Positions 24,601-37,512 of a stretch of DNA of 64,000 nucleotides are shown here, in pieces. The stretch spans positions 62,001 to 126,000 of the forward strand of contig QPMI01000459.1 of the NCBI GenBank assembly GCA_004431415.1, written 5' to 3'. Origin of the DNA: Cyanophora paradoxa CCMP329 (Eukaryota > Plantae > Glaucophyta). The stretch's first letter is position 1, and every line of letters begins with the position of its first letter. Below the pieces are notes generated by a model that worked only from the letters and a program-made list of their open reading frames with translations, was not told where the DNA came from and searched no databases. The position numbers and the translations under genes were made by a program.

Positions 24601-27600
24601 TAGTACGCCGTGACGCATCGCACGGACTGCGGCGCCGGCACGGCCCGGCGGTGCGCTGCCGTGCGCATATGCGCATGCCTGATCATGACAATGCGCCTGT
24701 AAACGTAATACGTACCAGTATATCTGACATTGCCTGTAAACGTAATACGTATATCCGTCCTATATATATAGCTATCTCATGATCAGTCTACTAGGCTAGA
24801 CTCTGGATATTGCAGCTGCAGCTGCACTGCGGCAGACATTCCAGTCGCTCTCAACTTGCACGGTTCAGCGTCGCCGTTTCTCGGCGAGCTAGCTATAGCC
24901 GATCGCGTGAACGCACATCATGTCCAGCTCAGGCAGTTCTATCGATATCCCGGTGTTGCAGGCTTGGGCAAATTTCCTCATAAACAATGCGGTCTCGCTC
25001 CCCGAATACCCGAACATCGCAGCGGTTCGTGCCTTGATAGGCCTAGGCCCGTGCCGTGTAGTGCAAATCTAGATCTAAGATGATATTGCGGCGTACGCGC
25101 TAAAACCGTACAGTCCTCAAGGCTTTGCAATGGAATGCCGTGGCTTACGGGGGCGCTTTTGGACAGTTGGTCAAGCCGCTGGGACTTCCCGACCAGGTCG
25201 ATGAATCCGCTGTGCGCGACACTCATTCCCGATAAAGCCATGCCGGGCATGCCGGCCTAAATCACGGCTTGCGATCAGGTAAACGACGTGATGAACAAGG
25301 TGAAGGAGGCATTTGACGCACTTCCCGATGACCAGAAATCGCTCGTCCAGGGCGAGTTTGAGGTGAGTGAACAGCAACCCTCATGCGCGTCAACATACTC
25401 GAGCTCGGCCCGAACTGATTGTACGCGTACATCTGCACGTCGGAGCTCAGGCTGCTCTTGATGCTGTGACCCCTCCGATCGAGACGGGCGTTGAAAACCC
25501 GGAGGAGCTCGTCAACGCGGTTGGCTCGTCGGCTCTTCTCGAGGTTGCAGTCGCGAACTTCATCACAAACCACATAGAAATGCTTGCCGGGCTCCCGAAT
25601 CTCGCCGCGGTGCGCAGAACGCCTTTCTCATGCTCTGAAGTACTAGTCTATAACATAATATAATATGTACCTGAATTTAAAAAGCCGCCTTGAATTCAAA
25701 TTCTCTCTGACTTGCTATGCATATGTATATGGCGGCACGTGCACGCATGCGCAGTTGATAAATTCGGTCACGATTCCGGAAGTCATTGACGCGTCCAACG
25801 TGAGCCGGCTTACCCCGGAGACGGAGCCCTGAAGTTGCCAGCAAGTACTCACGATTATCTATGCAGATCGACGAGGTCGTGAAATCTGTCAGCGAGGCTT
25901 ACCTTTCGCTGTCGGCAGACCAGCAGGCTGAAACGTACAACGAACTGGTGGTCAGCACGCATATGTTCCCCCCTGCCCCTCCCCTTTCTCCGACGCGTCG
26001 CCGACTTAAGCTCACCGCTTTGCAATTGGCCGCGTGCATGTGCAGGCTGCGCTCGCCGCCGCCGCGCCGGCGATTGAGGAGTCCGTGGAACAGAACTCGG
26101 ACCCGATCACGAGCGTCGTGGAGGGGGATGCCTCCTACAGCTATGGCTATGGCTTCGACGACGACCTCGACTATCTGGAGGCCAGCCTCGCGGCCGAGGC
26201 CGACGCCGCGGCCGTCGCCGACGGTGACGCCTTCGATTTCGGCGGCTTCTGAACATTGAGCGGCGTCCCGCGGTCGCTTCGAATCAGCGCTCTCCAATGA
26301 TTGTCGCTCCGGAGAGAGTCCGCCTGTCGATGTCGACGGATCGTCGGACTTGTCTTGCAGTACCAGTCTTGCATGACTCGATGATGAAACAATTATGAAA
26401 ATGCCCATGCTTGAAATTTAAAATGAATCCGACTCCCGGAGTCCACGGGGCATTTCTTTCCTCCACTCGGCACTCGCTCTCGGAGTCCGGATATCGATCC
26501 CCATGCATGCATGTGCATGAACGCTGACCGCTCAATCGCACCATCGTGGGCGGTTTGTTAATGTTCGTCGGTTCACATAGTCCGATGTCTCTATTTACAT
26601 GGGGATTCCTGGGCTTAAGCTTCAAACCTAGGAAGGAGAAAGGGAGAGACGGGTGCAGAGACGAACTATAATCTAATTATAAACCATGGCCAGTTGCAAA
26701 ACCATGCGCATTATTTATATAGTATGAGCATGCATGTCAAGCTAGCGCTCCGGATCCCGACTCAGACTTCGGCGACGTCGACTTTATTTTGGACGGTGAA
26801 CGCCGCGGCGGCGCCCCGCAGCAGCTGCGCAGGGCGTGAGACCGGGCGGGGGCGGGGGCGGGGGCGGGGTACGGAAAGTGGGCGGTGCGCTCGGCGGGGG
26901 CAGCGGGGGCGGAGCGCCTGGGCGGGAGGCCGGCGCGCGTGTACCTGTGCCTGCCCTCGCCCGTGCTGGGGCCCTTCTTCTACGCCCAGCCCCTCCGGCC
27001 CACCCCCCTCGGCCCAATCGAATGTGCAGTGATGGTGTCACGTTAAACGTTGTATTGCAAAAATAGCGGCGGCGCCCTGCATCTAGAGCTCGGTATCCCA
27101 CGGCTCGGCCGCCGCGTCGGCGTCGCCCTCGGCCCACGGGGCGCCGCCCTCGGCCGCGAACTCGCCCCCGCCCCCGCCGGCCGCCGCCATAGGGGGGTCC
27201 ACCACCACCGCCTCGTAGAGGTCGTACCCCTCCTCCGACGACTCCGCCTGCGGCACCTGCCCCGCCCCTTCCCGTCAAGACGAGAGGGGGTACGGGATGA
27301 GTGGGGAGGGGTACGGGCCTCGTTGACGGTGCGGGTGCTGCCCGAGGGGGCCGGCTTCAGCAGGGGAAACATATTGCCCTCCTCGTAGAACGCCTGCATC
27401 CGCTCCAGGAACTGCGGGACGGGGGTAGATCAATGGCATGTAAGCGGTGGGGGGTACGGGACCGGGGCGGACCTCGCCCTTGGAGACCCAGCCGTCCTGG
27501 CTCGGGTCGAACAGGGGTAGTATGCGTGCAGCTCCTCGGTCTGGAGGGGTATGAGATAGGACGCGTGAACGAGGGGGTACGGGAATGGAGAGTGGTACGC

Positions 27601-28230
27601 ACGAACTGGCCCAGGTGCAGCTCGCGCTCGAGAAGCATCGCGATCTGTGGGGGTACACGGTTCGCGCAAACGAGCGGCGGGCCGGGGTACGGGCGCGCAC
27701 CTTGATGAGCTTCATCTGCCCGAGCTTCTCTTTGTCGTAGGCGTCGTACGCGCCCAGGACCTGAGGCGAAGTTAGAGGAACGGGACACGACGAAGAGGAG
27801 GAGGAGCGGGGGCGGGGGCGGGGGGGCGGGGTGGGCCTTGTCCTGGAAGGCCTTGACGGTGATCTCGTCGCCCTTGCCGTACGCCTCGTTCGGGTCCTCG
27901 ATCGACGCCCGCATCTCCGCCTGGGGTACGTGTCAACAAGAAGGCGGGGAAGAAGAAGAAGGGGGGCGGACCCAGGGGTCGGCGGCGTTCTCCATGACGA
28001 GCTTCACGATCTCGGCGTGGATGATGTGGCCGGTGCCGTTGAAGTCGAGGGCGCGGGCGACCTCCTCGAACTTGAGGTTGCCGTCCCGGTTCGTGTCGAT
28101 GAGCGCCAGGAACGCCGGCGAGACCTGCGCCAAGAAGAAGCTCAGGCGGGCACAGATCTATCTATCTATCTCTTGCAGAGACAGACAGGCGGAAAAAGAG
28201 CACCTTCTCGAGGACGGGGAATGCGGCCTT
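18085..28230. repeat. Tandem segmental duplication, copy B (includes a 331-bp insertion)
   Basis: Near-identical to copy A; contains the empty sites at 22555-22562 and 24091-24106. Confidence 0.95.
20048..20378 (-). mobile_element. 331-bp poly(A) retroposon with structured 3' module
   Basis: 15-bp TSD GCCTACACGATACTT at 20033-20047 and 20379-20393; T-run 20046-20053; empty site at 2643-2657; 3' module shared with 53746-53853. Confidence 0.92.
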
Positions 28231-31096
28231 GAGTTCGGCCATGGACGCGAATCCGTCCTTCGAGCGGTCGATCACTTCCATCACCTGCGCGGGGTACAGT
28301 CTCAGACGAGGGCGGCGCGGCCAAGGGCGAAGCCTCTTTCCTAGGGCCTGGCGGGGCGGGGCGGGGCGAAACGCAAGGCATGCCTTGTAGGCGGCGACGT
28401 CGGCGGCGTTCTCGAAGACGCGGGCGATCTCCGACGCCGACGTTGACTTGTCGCGATTGTAGTCCACCTGCGCGGGGAGGAAGGGGGAGGAACGGGGTCA
28501 GGTGACCATGGGCGGGTAGGTGGGTGGGGCGGGGACGGCGGGAGAGGGGAGGGGGAAGGGAGGAGGGGGTGCCCGTCGCGTCCCAACGGCGCCTCGCCCA
28601 CCCCTCGGCTAACAGGGGCCCTTCCCCCGTCACAGACTCCGGCTAATGGCTATCGGAGCTACAGCGGCTTAAGAGCCAGCGAGCCGGCCGGCCAGCCAGC
28701 GAGCCGGCCGGCCAGCCAGCGAGCCGGCCGGCCAGCCAGCTAGCGGAACGAAGCGGGGCCAAAAGCGAGGCGGAGGGGCCAGAGCTTCGCTCCGGGCCCG
28801 GCCAAAGCCTTGAACCGACCTTGTCGAGGACCTCGGCCTCGTAGGGGGAGGAGGGGGGGGAGGGGGGGGAGGGGACGCCCGCCGCACCCCAACGGCGCCC
28901 AGCCAAACGTCTAAAGCTACTCTATCTCCAGGCCAGGCCCCAGGCCCCAGGCCCCAGGCCCAGGCCCCAGGCTCCAGGACGGACCTTGTCGAGGACCTCG
29001 GCCTCGTCGTAGGCGTTGTCGTCGTTGGGGTCGAGCACGTCCGCGATGATCCGCGACTTGCACGCCCGCGCCACCTGGGGGAGAAGGGGCGGGGGGCGGG
29101 GGGTGGGGGGTCAGCGCGGGTGGCGTCTCCTACCCAAGCCTCTCCTACGCCCCGCCCCACCCCGCCGGCGCGGGGCTACTACGGAGGAGGGGGCGGGCGG
29201 ACCTCGGGGAAGGCGACGGCACCGTCGTGGTTGGCGTCCAGGTACGCCATCAGCTGCCCGGGCTCCAGCTGCGAACGAAGCGCGGCGCGGGTGGGGCGGG
29301 TGAGGAGGCGAGGCCAAGGCAGGGGCGACGGGGGGCTTCTTCGTCCTCGAGACGGGGCAGCAGGCAGATAGATAGATAGGTAGATAGATAGATAGATAGA
29401 TAGATAAGTCACGACGGGGCGGGCAGATAAACAGAGGGACAGGTAGGTAGACAGGCTGATAGGTGGATGGACGGGGCGAGTGGAGGGACGGGCGGGGCCG
29501 CGGCGGAGCTAGCCGGACCTGGCCGCGGAGGATGGCGAGCTCCTCGGGGCGGGCCTTGAGGGCCATCTCGCGGGAGACCACCAGCACCTCCTCCGGCGTC
29601 ACAACCTGGGGGGCGGGGGGGGGGGGGGGGGGGGGGGGGGGGGCGTCAGCGGAGGGAAGGGGGGGAGGTTTGCGATCCGACCGAGTCTAGCCCGCGCCGT
29701 CTTCTCATCTATCTGATCTATCTAAGAGTTCTGAGATCTATCATCGGATCTGCCCGCCTCTCGTCTGCACCTGGTCGCGGGAGACGTCCGCGAGGAGTCT
29801 TATGGGTTATGATCTATCTATTTAAGAGTTCTGAGACCCATCTAAGAGCTCTAACCTGGTCGCGGGAGATGTCGGCGAGGCGGGCGAGCTCGCCGAGGGT
29901 AACCTCGCCGTCCCCGCCCGCGTCCGCCAGGCCCGCGAAGTCCCCGCCCAGCACCGCCGCAACCTGAAGGGGGGCGCGCGCATCGGATGGGAGGGGCGGG
30001 CGGGGGGCTTGGAGGGGCCACAAGAGGCTGGATTTCGCATTAGATTACTGGGTCTTATGGACGGTTGTGTTTATGTTAGATAAGAAGTCGGCTGGGCGAA
30101 CGGGGCCGGACCTCGCCGGTGGCGAGGCGGCCGTCCCCGTCTGAGTCCAGCGAGGCCATGATCTCCCCGGGCGAGTACGCCCCGTCCCCGTCCCCGTCCC
30201 GCATAGGGCCCTCGACCGCCGCCGCGCTCACGGGCGCCGCCACGGGCTTCGGCGGCGGCGTCGCGTCCGGCCGCCCCTGCTCTGGCTCCGGGTCCGGCGC
30301 GACGACCCGCGCCGGCGGCGCCGCCGTCTGGCTCTGCTGCACGCTCTGCTGCACGCGGGTGGGCATGCCGGGGGCCGTGGAGACGAGCGGGGCGACGAGC
30401 TCCATCCCGGGCGGGAGGTCCGGCGGCAGGTCGAGGTCCGCGAACGGCAGGTCGTTGTAGATCGAGGCGCCCTCCGTCTGGAGGCTCACCGTCATCTGAG
30501 CCCGCCCGGATCAAATTCGGATCAAATTCGATTTCAAATTCGGATCAAATTCGGATCAAATTCGGACCTGGGCCGGGGCCTCGAAGACGACGTCCTTGGG
30601 CATGCGGATGCTCTGCACGCGGCCGGCCTCCTCGACCGGCGTCCGCGTGGGCGCGTCCTCGATCTTGGCGGCGCTCGCCGTCTCCGGGTTGAGGTGCCGC
30701 GTGAAGACGGCCGGCTTGGCCAGCGGGTCGAAGATGTAGGCGTCGCCCGGGTCCGCGGGGTCCGCCGGCGGCTCCGAGAAGCTGCCCTTCACGACCGCCT
30801 CGTCGATGCGCTCGCCGCCGGGCGCCGTATAGGCGGAGGGCGTCGCCTTGGGCGGCGCCAGGGGCGAGGGAGAGGGCGACGGCGTCCCGGCCGGCGCGTT
30901 CGTCACGATCTCCTGGAACCAGTCGGCGGGGAGCGCCCAGCTCATGTCCGCGATCGGCAGCGCCGTCGCGAAGGAGAGCTCCTGGAGCTCCTGCACGGCA
31001 GAGTCCAGCATCTGCGGCGACGGCGCGGTTTGAACGCGGGCGAGCGGGCGCGAAGGAGCGCGGCGCGCTCCGCCGCCGCCTGCGGACCTTCATCAT
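27083..31096 (-). CDS. Multi-EF-hand calcium-binding protein with Pro-rich N-terminal region and C-terminal DTEL (~16 exons; 5' end uncertain)
   Basis: EF loops DGDGDGAYSPGE, DSDGDGRLATGE, DANHDGAVAFPE, DPNDDNAYDEAE, DRSKDGFASMAE, DTNRDGNLKFEE, DPSQDGWVSKGE; stop at 27083-27085. Confidence 0.8.
28673..28740. repeat. Intronic 20-bp tandem repeat (GAGCCGGCCGGCCAGCCAGC), ~3 units
   Basis: Direct reading. Confidence 0.85.
29366..29406. repeat. Intronic (GATA)n microsatellite
   Basis: Direct reading. Confidence 0.9.
30507..30565. repeat. Intronic 11-bp tandem repeat CGGATCAAATT x5
   Basis: Fills most of the ~70-bp intron. Confidence 0.85.
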
Positions 31097-32568
31097 GTGG
31101 CCCGAAGGCTCGGCAGTGGGCTGCGCCATTCCGGCCGCGTCCTGCCGGGGCGCGTCGTTGGCAGGGCGCGGGCCTCGTGGGGCGAGGCGGGACGGACCAC
31201 CGGCGACGGCGGCCGCCGAGGAGTGTCAGGAACACGAACTGCGCCGCCGCGCCGCTCCACAGACTCGGTCGGCGCCGGACTCCGTTGGACTGCGTTCGAT
31301 ACGTTAGCCATGAGCCCTCGCTCGTCGCGGCGCGGGACGGCGGCCAGTTCGCTAGCGAGAGCGGTCTCGGCCAGGAGGGCGGAGGCTATGCACCTCCGCT
31401 CTCTTCGGAAGGTGCGGTCGGGATAACGACGATGACGGGTCTGCACAGTAATAGTCAGCTCGCTGATGCATCCAAAAGCGATTCGGGTGCAATCAAGGTG
31501 CCAGCGACGCGCCTGGAAGACTCCTGCCTCAAACCCGGCGTGGCGGAGCTGTACCCCCGCCTGGCTTGCACCCCCTCTGCAGCTTCGCCGTTTCCGTGTT
31601 CACGTTGATTAGACGCTGGAAGCATTGGCTGCAGCTCGGTGAGGCGGTCGCCCGCCCCCGCAGCTGCCCCGCGGCATGATGGCGATGAGCCCGGCACCGC
31701 CCGCTCGCATGAGGCTGCGGCGGAGCGCGGGAAAGTGCGGGAATTCGGTGCGTTTGATCATATTCTCCCGGCAAGCTCGAATGCGCAACGGCAGCTAACC
31801 GGGATGCCCCGCGGGGGCCGGGCCGGTCTCGCCAGGCCCTGATCGACGCACGGAGCTTAGCTAGGATCGACTGGGGCGGCCTGAGGCTCGCTCTGGCAGC
31901 TTCAGTGACAGAAGAGGTCGGGGACGAGGGCAGGCCCGTCGAAAAGGCGCCAGAAACCTCGCGGACAGGCTCGAGCGGCCGCGGGCTCACGAGGCTCGAG
32001 GCCGGCTCGGGCCACGCGCCCCGCGCAAGCTCGCCTCAGCCTCCCGATCGCTCATCGGAGCTGAGGCATTCGCGCACGGTGACACCGCGCGCCGGCGCGG
32101 CCGGGCCAAGCGATGCCCGCCCCGCCGGGGTTGACGTCACCGCCCCGGGCTCGCCCGGACCCAGCGCGCCGACGCCTCCGCCCGGCCGCCCGCGCGCCGC
32201 GAGCCACCCCTCGATCACTCTCCACTACGAGCCGCTACTAGACGACGCAGCTGCAGACGGGGACAGCGCGGTGCCCGCCGCCGTCTCGGGCCCCAGGAAA
32301 CCCGCTGCCGCTCACGCGCACCGTCCCGCAGGGCGGGCCGGCCCCTCCCGTCGCCCCGCCCGACTCTGAAATCACTCTGGCAAATCAAACGGAGAGCGGC
32401 GGCGGGCCCGCCCGCCGCGATCCGCCCCGGCGGCGGCCGGCGCGGCGGCCGTCGCTCCCGATCCCCGCGGCGCCTCTCTCTGCGACGGCGCCGAGGCCGG
32501 CGAGCCCCCAGCGGTCCGCCCCGTACCCTCCCCGGTTCTTCCCCCTCCCTCCCCCGACCTCTCGGCAG

Positions 32569-34468
32569 GTATCCCCCTGGAATCGCTCCCCGACGAGCTC
32601 CTCGCGCGCATCGTCGACGAGGCGCGTACCCCCCCCCCCCCCCCACCACCACCCGCCTACCCAGCTGATGCGGCCGGGCGGGGCAGGTCGGGGTGGGCGA
32701 CGCGTACTTCGGGCGGTGCCGCCTGCGGAGCGTCAGCCGCCGCCTCCGGAGCGCAGTCGCGGCGCTCGAGTGGGGCGCCCTCGACGCCCGCGCGGACCTC
32801 CGACTGGGCGGCCGCGGCGGGCCCGGCTGCGTCCCCGCCCTCCTCCGCCTCGCCTCCGCCGGAGCCTTCCGCGGCGCCCGATCCCTCCGCCTCGCCCTCG
32901 CCCTCGACCGCTCCGCCGCCGCACCGGCCCGCGCCCTCCACCGCGCGGCCGCTGCCGCCCGGGACCTCGCCGCGTGCCTCGCGGCGCTGCCGGCGCCCCC
33001 AGCGCGGGCCGCCCTCGCGGTGGGGTCCTGGCCGGCGCCGGCGGAGCAGCGGGCGGCCGGCGTGCCTGGCCCCTGGGTAGGGCCCTGGTCCGCCCTCGCG
33101 TCCCTCCTCGCGGCCCTCGCGCCGGCGCCCCTCTCGGACCTCGAGCTGACCGTCGCCGGGCCCGCCGGCGGCCCCGCTCCGCCCTTCCCATGGGGCCCCT
33201 GCCTGGCCCCCTTCCCCTCCCTCCTCCGCTTCTCCCTCTCCTGTACCCCCGACGAGGCGGCGGCCGCCGCCGAGGCCCTCGCGGCCGCCTGCCCGGCCCT
33301 GCGCTCCCTGCGCCTGCCCTCGCTCCCGCCGGCCGCCGCCGAGGCCGCCCTGCGTCTCCCGCTCCTGGAGGCGCTCGAGGCTGGGCCCGAGGGCCCGCCC
33401 CTCGCCGCCCCCGCCGCCCGCGCCCTCGCGGGCCACCCCTCCCTCCGGCGCCTCGCCCTGGGCCCCGGGGCCGACTCGCCCGACGCCCTCGCCGCCCTCG
33501 TACCCCTCCGCCTCGCCGGCCTCGCCCTGTCCCCCTCCCGGGCGCGCCCGCCCGCCCCGCCTTAGGCCCTCGCCCCCGTATCCCTCTTCTCCTCTCTCGA
33601 GCACCTCGAGATCTCGGTGCGCACCCGGGGCGTACCCGGGGCTGCTTCTCCCCCCTCTCTTCTTTAATCGTGTACCCCAGTTGGACCAGGAGAGCGCGGC
33701 GGGCGTGGCGGCGCTGGGTCGCCTCCCGCGGCTTGCCTCGCTGGCCCTCGGCCTCATCTTCAGCCCGCGCGCCGGCCTCCCGCCCGGCCGCCCCGCCCCC
33801 GCCGCCCCCGCCGAGCGCGCCGCCCGCTTCCGACGGCAGCTCGACGCCCACGCCGAGGCGCGTACCCCGCCCCCGCCCCCGCCCCCGCCCTCGCTCACGC
33901 CCCGCGCAGCTGCTGCGGGGCGCCGCCGCGGCGGTCGCGGGGCGCCAGCCCTGCGGGCGGTGGAGGTGGATCTGTACCCCCGCGGGGCCCCGCAGGACGG
34001 GGCGGCGCTCGCGGCGCTGGCGGCGGCGGCCGGCGGGCGGCTGCGCGCCTGGCGATACCGCGAGCGAGCCGGCGGGCCGCCCTCCGCCGCCGAGACGGCC
34101 GCGCTGGCGGCGGCGGCGGTGGCGGGGGCGGCGGCGGCGGCCCGGGGCGGCCCCTCGACCTTCGCCTCTGGCACTCGGCCGGCCGCCCCCTCGCCCTCCC
34201 CGGCGCCCCCGCGGACCCAGGCGCGCTCGCCGCGGCCCTCGAGGGGTACGCCCCGCTGCGCGCGCTGCCGCCGGGCGCCGGCCGCTCGGCGCGGCTGCTG
34301 GTCTACGGGGACGCGGCGGCGGCGGCAGCGGCGGCCGCGCGTCTCGCCGCCCTCCTCCCCGCCTTCGCCGCAGTTGTCTCCCAGCGGGCCCCGCGGGCCC
34401 TCGGTCTCATCCCCCCCGCCAGCCCGGGGCCCCTGCCCCCCCTAGCAGAACTTGGCCCCGCCGCCTGA
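32569..34468 (+). CDS. F-box / leucine-rich-repeat-like protein (start uncertain)
   Basis: PLESLPDELLARIVDE | VGVGDAYFGRCRLRSVSRRLR resembles an F-box split by an intron; followed by LxxLxL repeats (LSDLEL, LRSLRLP, LRRLALG, LASLALG). Confidence 0.6.
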
Positions 34469-35747
34469 CCACGAGCGTCGATCGGATGTTTGAATCGATT
34501 CGATCAATATTGCCGCCTGTACCCGAGGCCTCTAATTGGGGAAGGGTAAAACACTTCCCCTGTCCCTGTCGATCGGGCCCAACCCCACCCCAAATCCCAA
34601 TTCCCCGACCTCCTCAAAACCCGGGCCGCGCGGTATATCCTGAAAGCCCATCCCCAGGGGACCCCGAAACCGTGTCTCCCGGTCCCGTCCGACCAAATGG
34701 TGATCCAGGAACGGGCACCAACACCCGGGACAAAAATGGGTCCAGCGACGCACAGGGAGCAGATATACGGGCCAGACCAATTCGAGGTCGTTGCGCGCAT
34801 TATGCCCGACATTCCGTACTGCGAGAGCGAGGCCGGGCGCGAGCGCGGTCGCGTAGGAGGACGTCGCGCGCGCTAGCCAATCACATTGGAGAGTCCGTTA
34901 ACTTACCCTGCGAAAACCTCTTAAAGTACCCCCCGGCCGCTTTCTCCCCCCGGGCGCCGCAGCTCGGCTCGGCTCAACAATGGCTACGCCTCTCGCGCGC
35001 GCGGCAGTTTGCTGTGGCTCAGCGGCTGGGTTGCGGCCGGCCGCAAGCCTGGCTGGGTTGCAACAAGCCGACGCCCGCGCGGCGCGCGCGCCGCGCGACG
35101 TGGAGCCCCCGCGCGCGCGAGATGCGCATGCCTGCTGCAGCCGCTGATCATGAGCTGGCCCGCCGCGCTGCGCAAGCGCCCTTACGGACCGTGAGGACCC
35201 TCCGGCTGCGCAAGCTTAAGCGCACTTAAAGAGCTTACGGACCCTTACCGTAGTACGCTTTCTGAGCGGAGCGTGAGCTTGAGCAGCGTCCCCGCGCCCG
35301 CGCGCGCCCAGATCGCGCGGAGGCCCAGGCCAGGCCTAGGCCAGCCCCGGCCCTAGGCCTATAGCTAGGCCAGCCGGCGCCGCGCGCCTCGAGCTCCGCG
35401 CCACGCCGTGACGCACCCGCAGCACATGTGCACTCGTGCAGGTCGCGGGGGATGCGCAGGAGCTCGAGCACGTCCACATATGCATGTACACAAGGTTCAA
35501 TTAAATATTTGCGAGCCATCCCCCGCCCCCGGGGCCCGCGCCCTATATAGCTAGGCCCTGAGGCCTACCTCTAGAGGACAGCTCGCCTCTAGATCATCCG
35601 CGTGCATCTAGATCTTCGGATTCGCCAAGGTTAAATGCCCTTCCCCGGACCCAACTGACGCGTGCGGCAAGTCAGTGGCCCTTTATATTATTCATGGGCA
35701 GCAAGTATGTTATTCCTGCGCACATGGTGGCTCAGAGAAATTTTGTG

Positions 35748-36200
35748 TATCCGAAGAGACTCACTTGCATCAATTTATTCTGGATTTGGTACCTATGTGC
35801 TAACGTTCGGGTGTATTTCCTGGACTCGGGAAAATGAAAACGCATGGACAATGCAATTGCAATATGCAATCGCAAAGCTATAGTTTATTATCGAAAGCGA
35901 AAACCTAGGTCGACGTCCTAAAAACAGCGCTATAGCTAGCGGTACTGCGGCATGCGCAGTGCTACGGCTATAGCTACAACTAACGTTATATCCGAAGAGA
36001 CTCGCTTGTGTTAATTTATTCTGGATCATGGGATCTGGTGCATTTAATTTGTGTGTTCGAATTCGGACGTAATTTGGGCGTATTTCTCGAAAACGAAAAA
36101 CCATGGCGCCGGCCAATGCAATATACATGCGCAAAGTTTATTATCGAAAGCGAGAACCTAGGTCGACGTCCTTAGAACAGCGCTAGCGGTGCTGCGGCTG
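35748..36200. repeat. Old ~240-bp tandem duplication
   Basis: TATCCGAAGAGACTC...ACCTAGGTCGACGTCCT occurs twice, starting near 35748 and near 35989. Confidence 0.8.
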
Positions 36201-37294
36201 TGCTGCAGCTGCAGCTAAGCGAAGCGCTAACATTGTGGTTTCACCGCTGCACATAACGCCGTGCAATCGCCACAGCGGCAAGGCTGAACACGGTGTTGAA
36301 GCTGACCTGCGCACCCTGCGTCGATTCGCGCGGAAGAGGCCTTACGGGCGAAAATTCGAGCGCACGTCTGAGGAGGATGTCGAAAATGCGGAGCTCAGAT
36401 AAGGGACAGACGGAACGAATCCAGCAGTGGCGGTGCTCGAAGTCACCCACGCGAATGCCTACCCGTGCATTTGGCGACGCGTGTATATGATCAGTACTAG
36501 CACTGTTTATAACTATATAGCCCGAACTGGCACGCACGTTTGCGAGCTCGATCGCAGCAAAGCGGGCCGGGATGTCCAAGCTCTCGATTCGGAGGTTATA
36601 CTGGCCCGGTCCAAAACGAAATTAGAATTTGCATGCGATATCGATCTTCTCAAGGGGGAAAGACACAGAAGCGCATGCGCACGTTCTTTCCTGCCGTGAA
36701 CTGGCGAATAGAACGGCGTTGCGAACTGGGGAGCTTGGGGGCTCCTGTGTGCCGAAGAGTGCACATTTGTCGACGTCAGCATGCATATACGTTCGAAGGA
36801 TGTCAAGGATTTTTAAAACAAAGCGCACTGAAGCGAATGGTCGTGTTTGAGGAAATTGCGGCCTCGTCGACTTGAACAGTGGCATTGGTAGTTCGATCAA
36901 TGATAAGAATACGGATCGGGGAATCGGCCTGATCATGATTCATTTTAATATCAATAAATGTTTCAGAGATGCAAGACTCGATGGGAGCTTAGCGGCTCGC
37001 GATCGAGAGTAGTGCGCACGGGCAAATTTTCGCCTTGGATGGTAACGAAATCCGTCGTGTCCGCCTGACCAAATTAAAAGTGTAAAAATGATGTATCGAT
37101 GAAGAAATAAATAGAAAGCTGTCCGCAGACCACAGGTACGGAGAAAATGGGATTTTCGAAATCGATTCTGTAGGAGCCGTCGGCCTGAAGCTGGGCTTTC
37201 GAAGTATTGAGCTGGCGCGGAATTGGACATCAGCTACGCTATAATATATATTAATGAATTGGACGTTGGCGAGGTACCGAGAAGAATTTGACGA

Positions 37295-37440
37295 CAATTT
37301 GTATAGGAAGCCCTGTCTCTGCCGCAGTGCCATACAAAAGCCCTGCGAGGACCGACCTACTAAAGATTTACCACCTGCTAAAGTGGCAGTTTTGGCGAAG
37401 TACTAATTATTTTCCTGTACTAAATTAACTAGTTCTACAG
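37295..37440 (-). mobile_element. DNA-transposon terminus (TA-flanked CTGTAG end); same family at 55205-55340 and 57565-57700
   Basis: Reverse complement of CTGTAGAACTAGTTAATTTAGTACAGGAAAATAATTAGTACTTCGC...; partner end not found. Confidence 0.6.
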
Positions 37441-37512
37441 TACAACCGGTAGCTAATATAGTATCCGATGATAGTCGCATGCCATGATGCGCATGCGCAA
37501 GTTAGCTTTGAT

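Noticed and set aside
31100-32400. Plus-strand gene from 67-304 aa ORFs
   Set aside because: No motif and no consistent splice model.
32657-35229. 853-aa and 505-aa ORFs in the track
   Set aside because: Arg/Pro/Gly-rich shadow frames of GC-rich F-box gene DNA.
36240-37250. Transposase remnant inside the element ending at 37440
   Set aside because: No DDE or HTH motif recognised.
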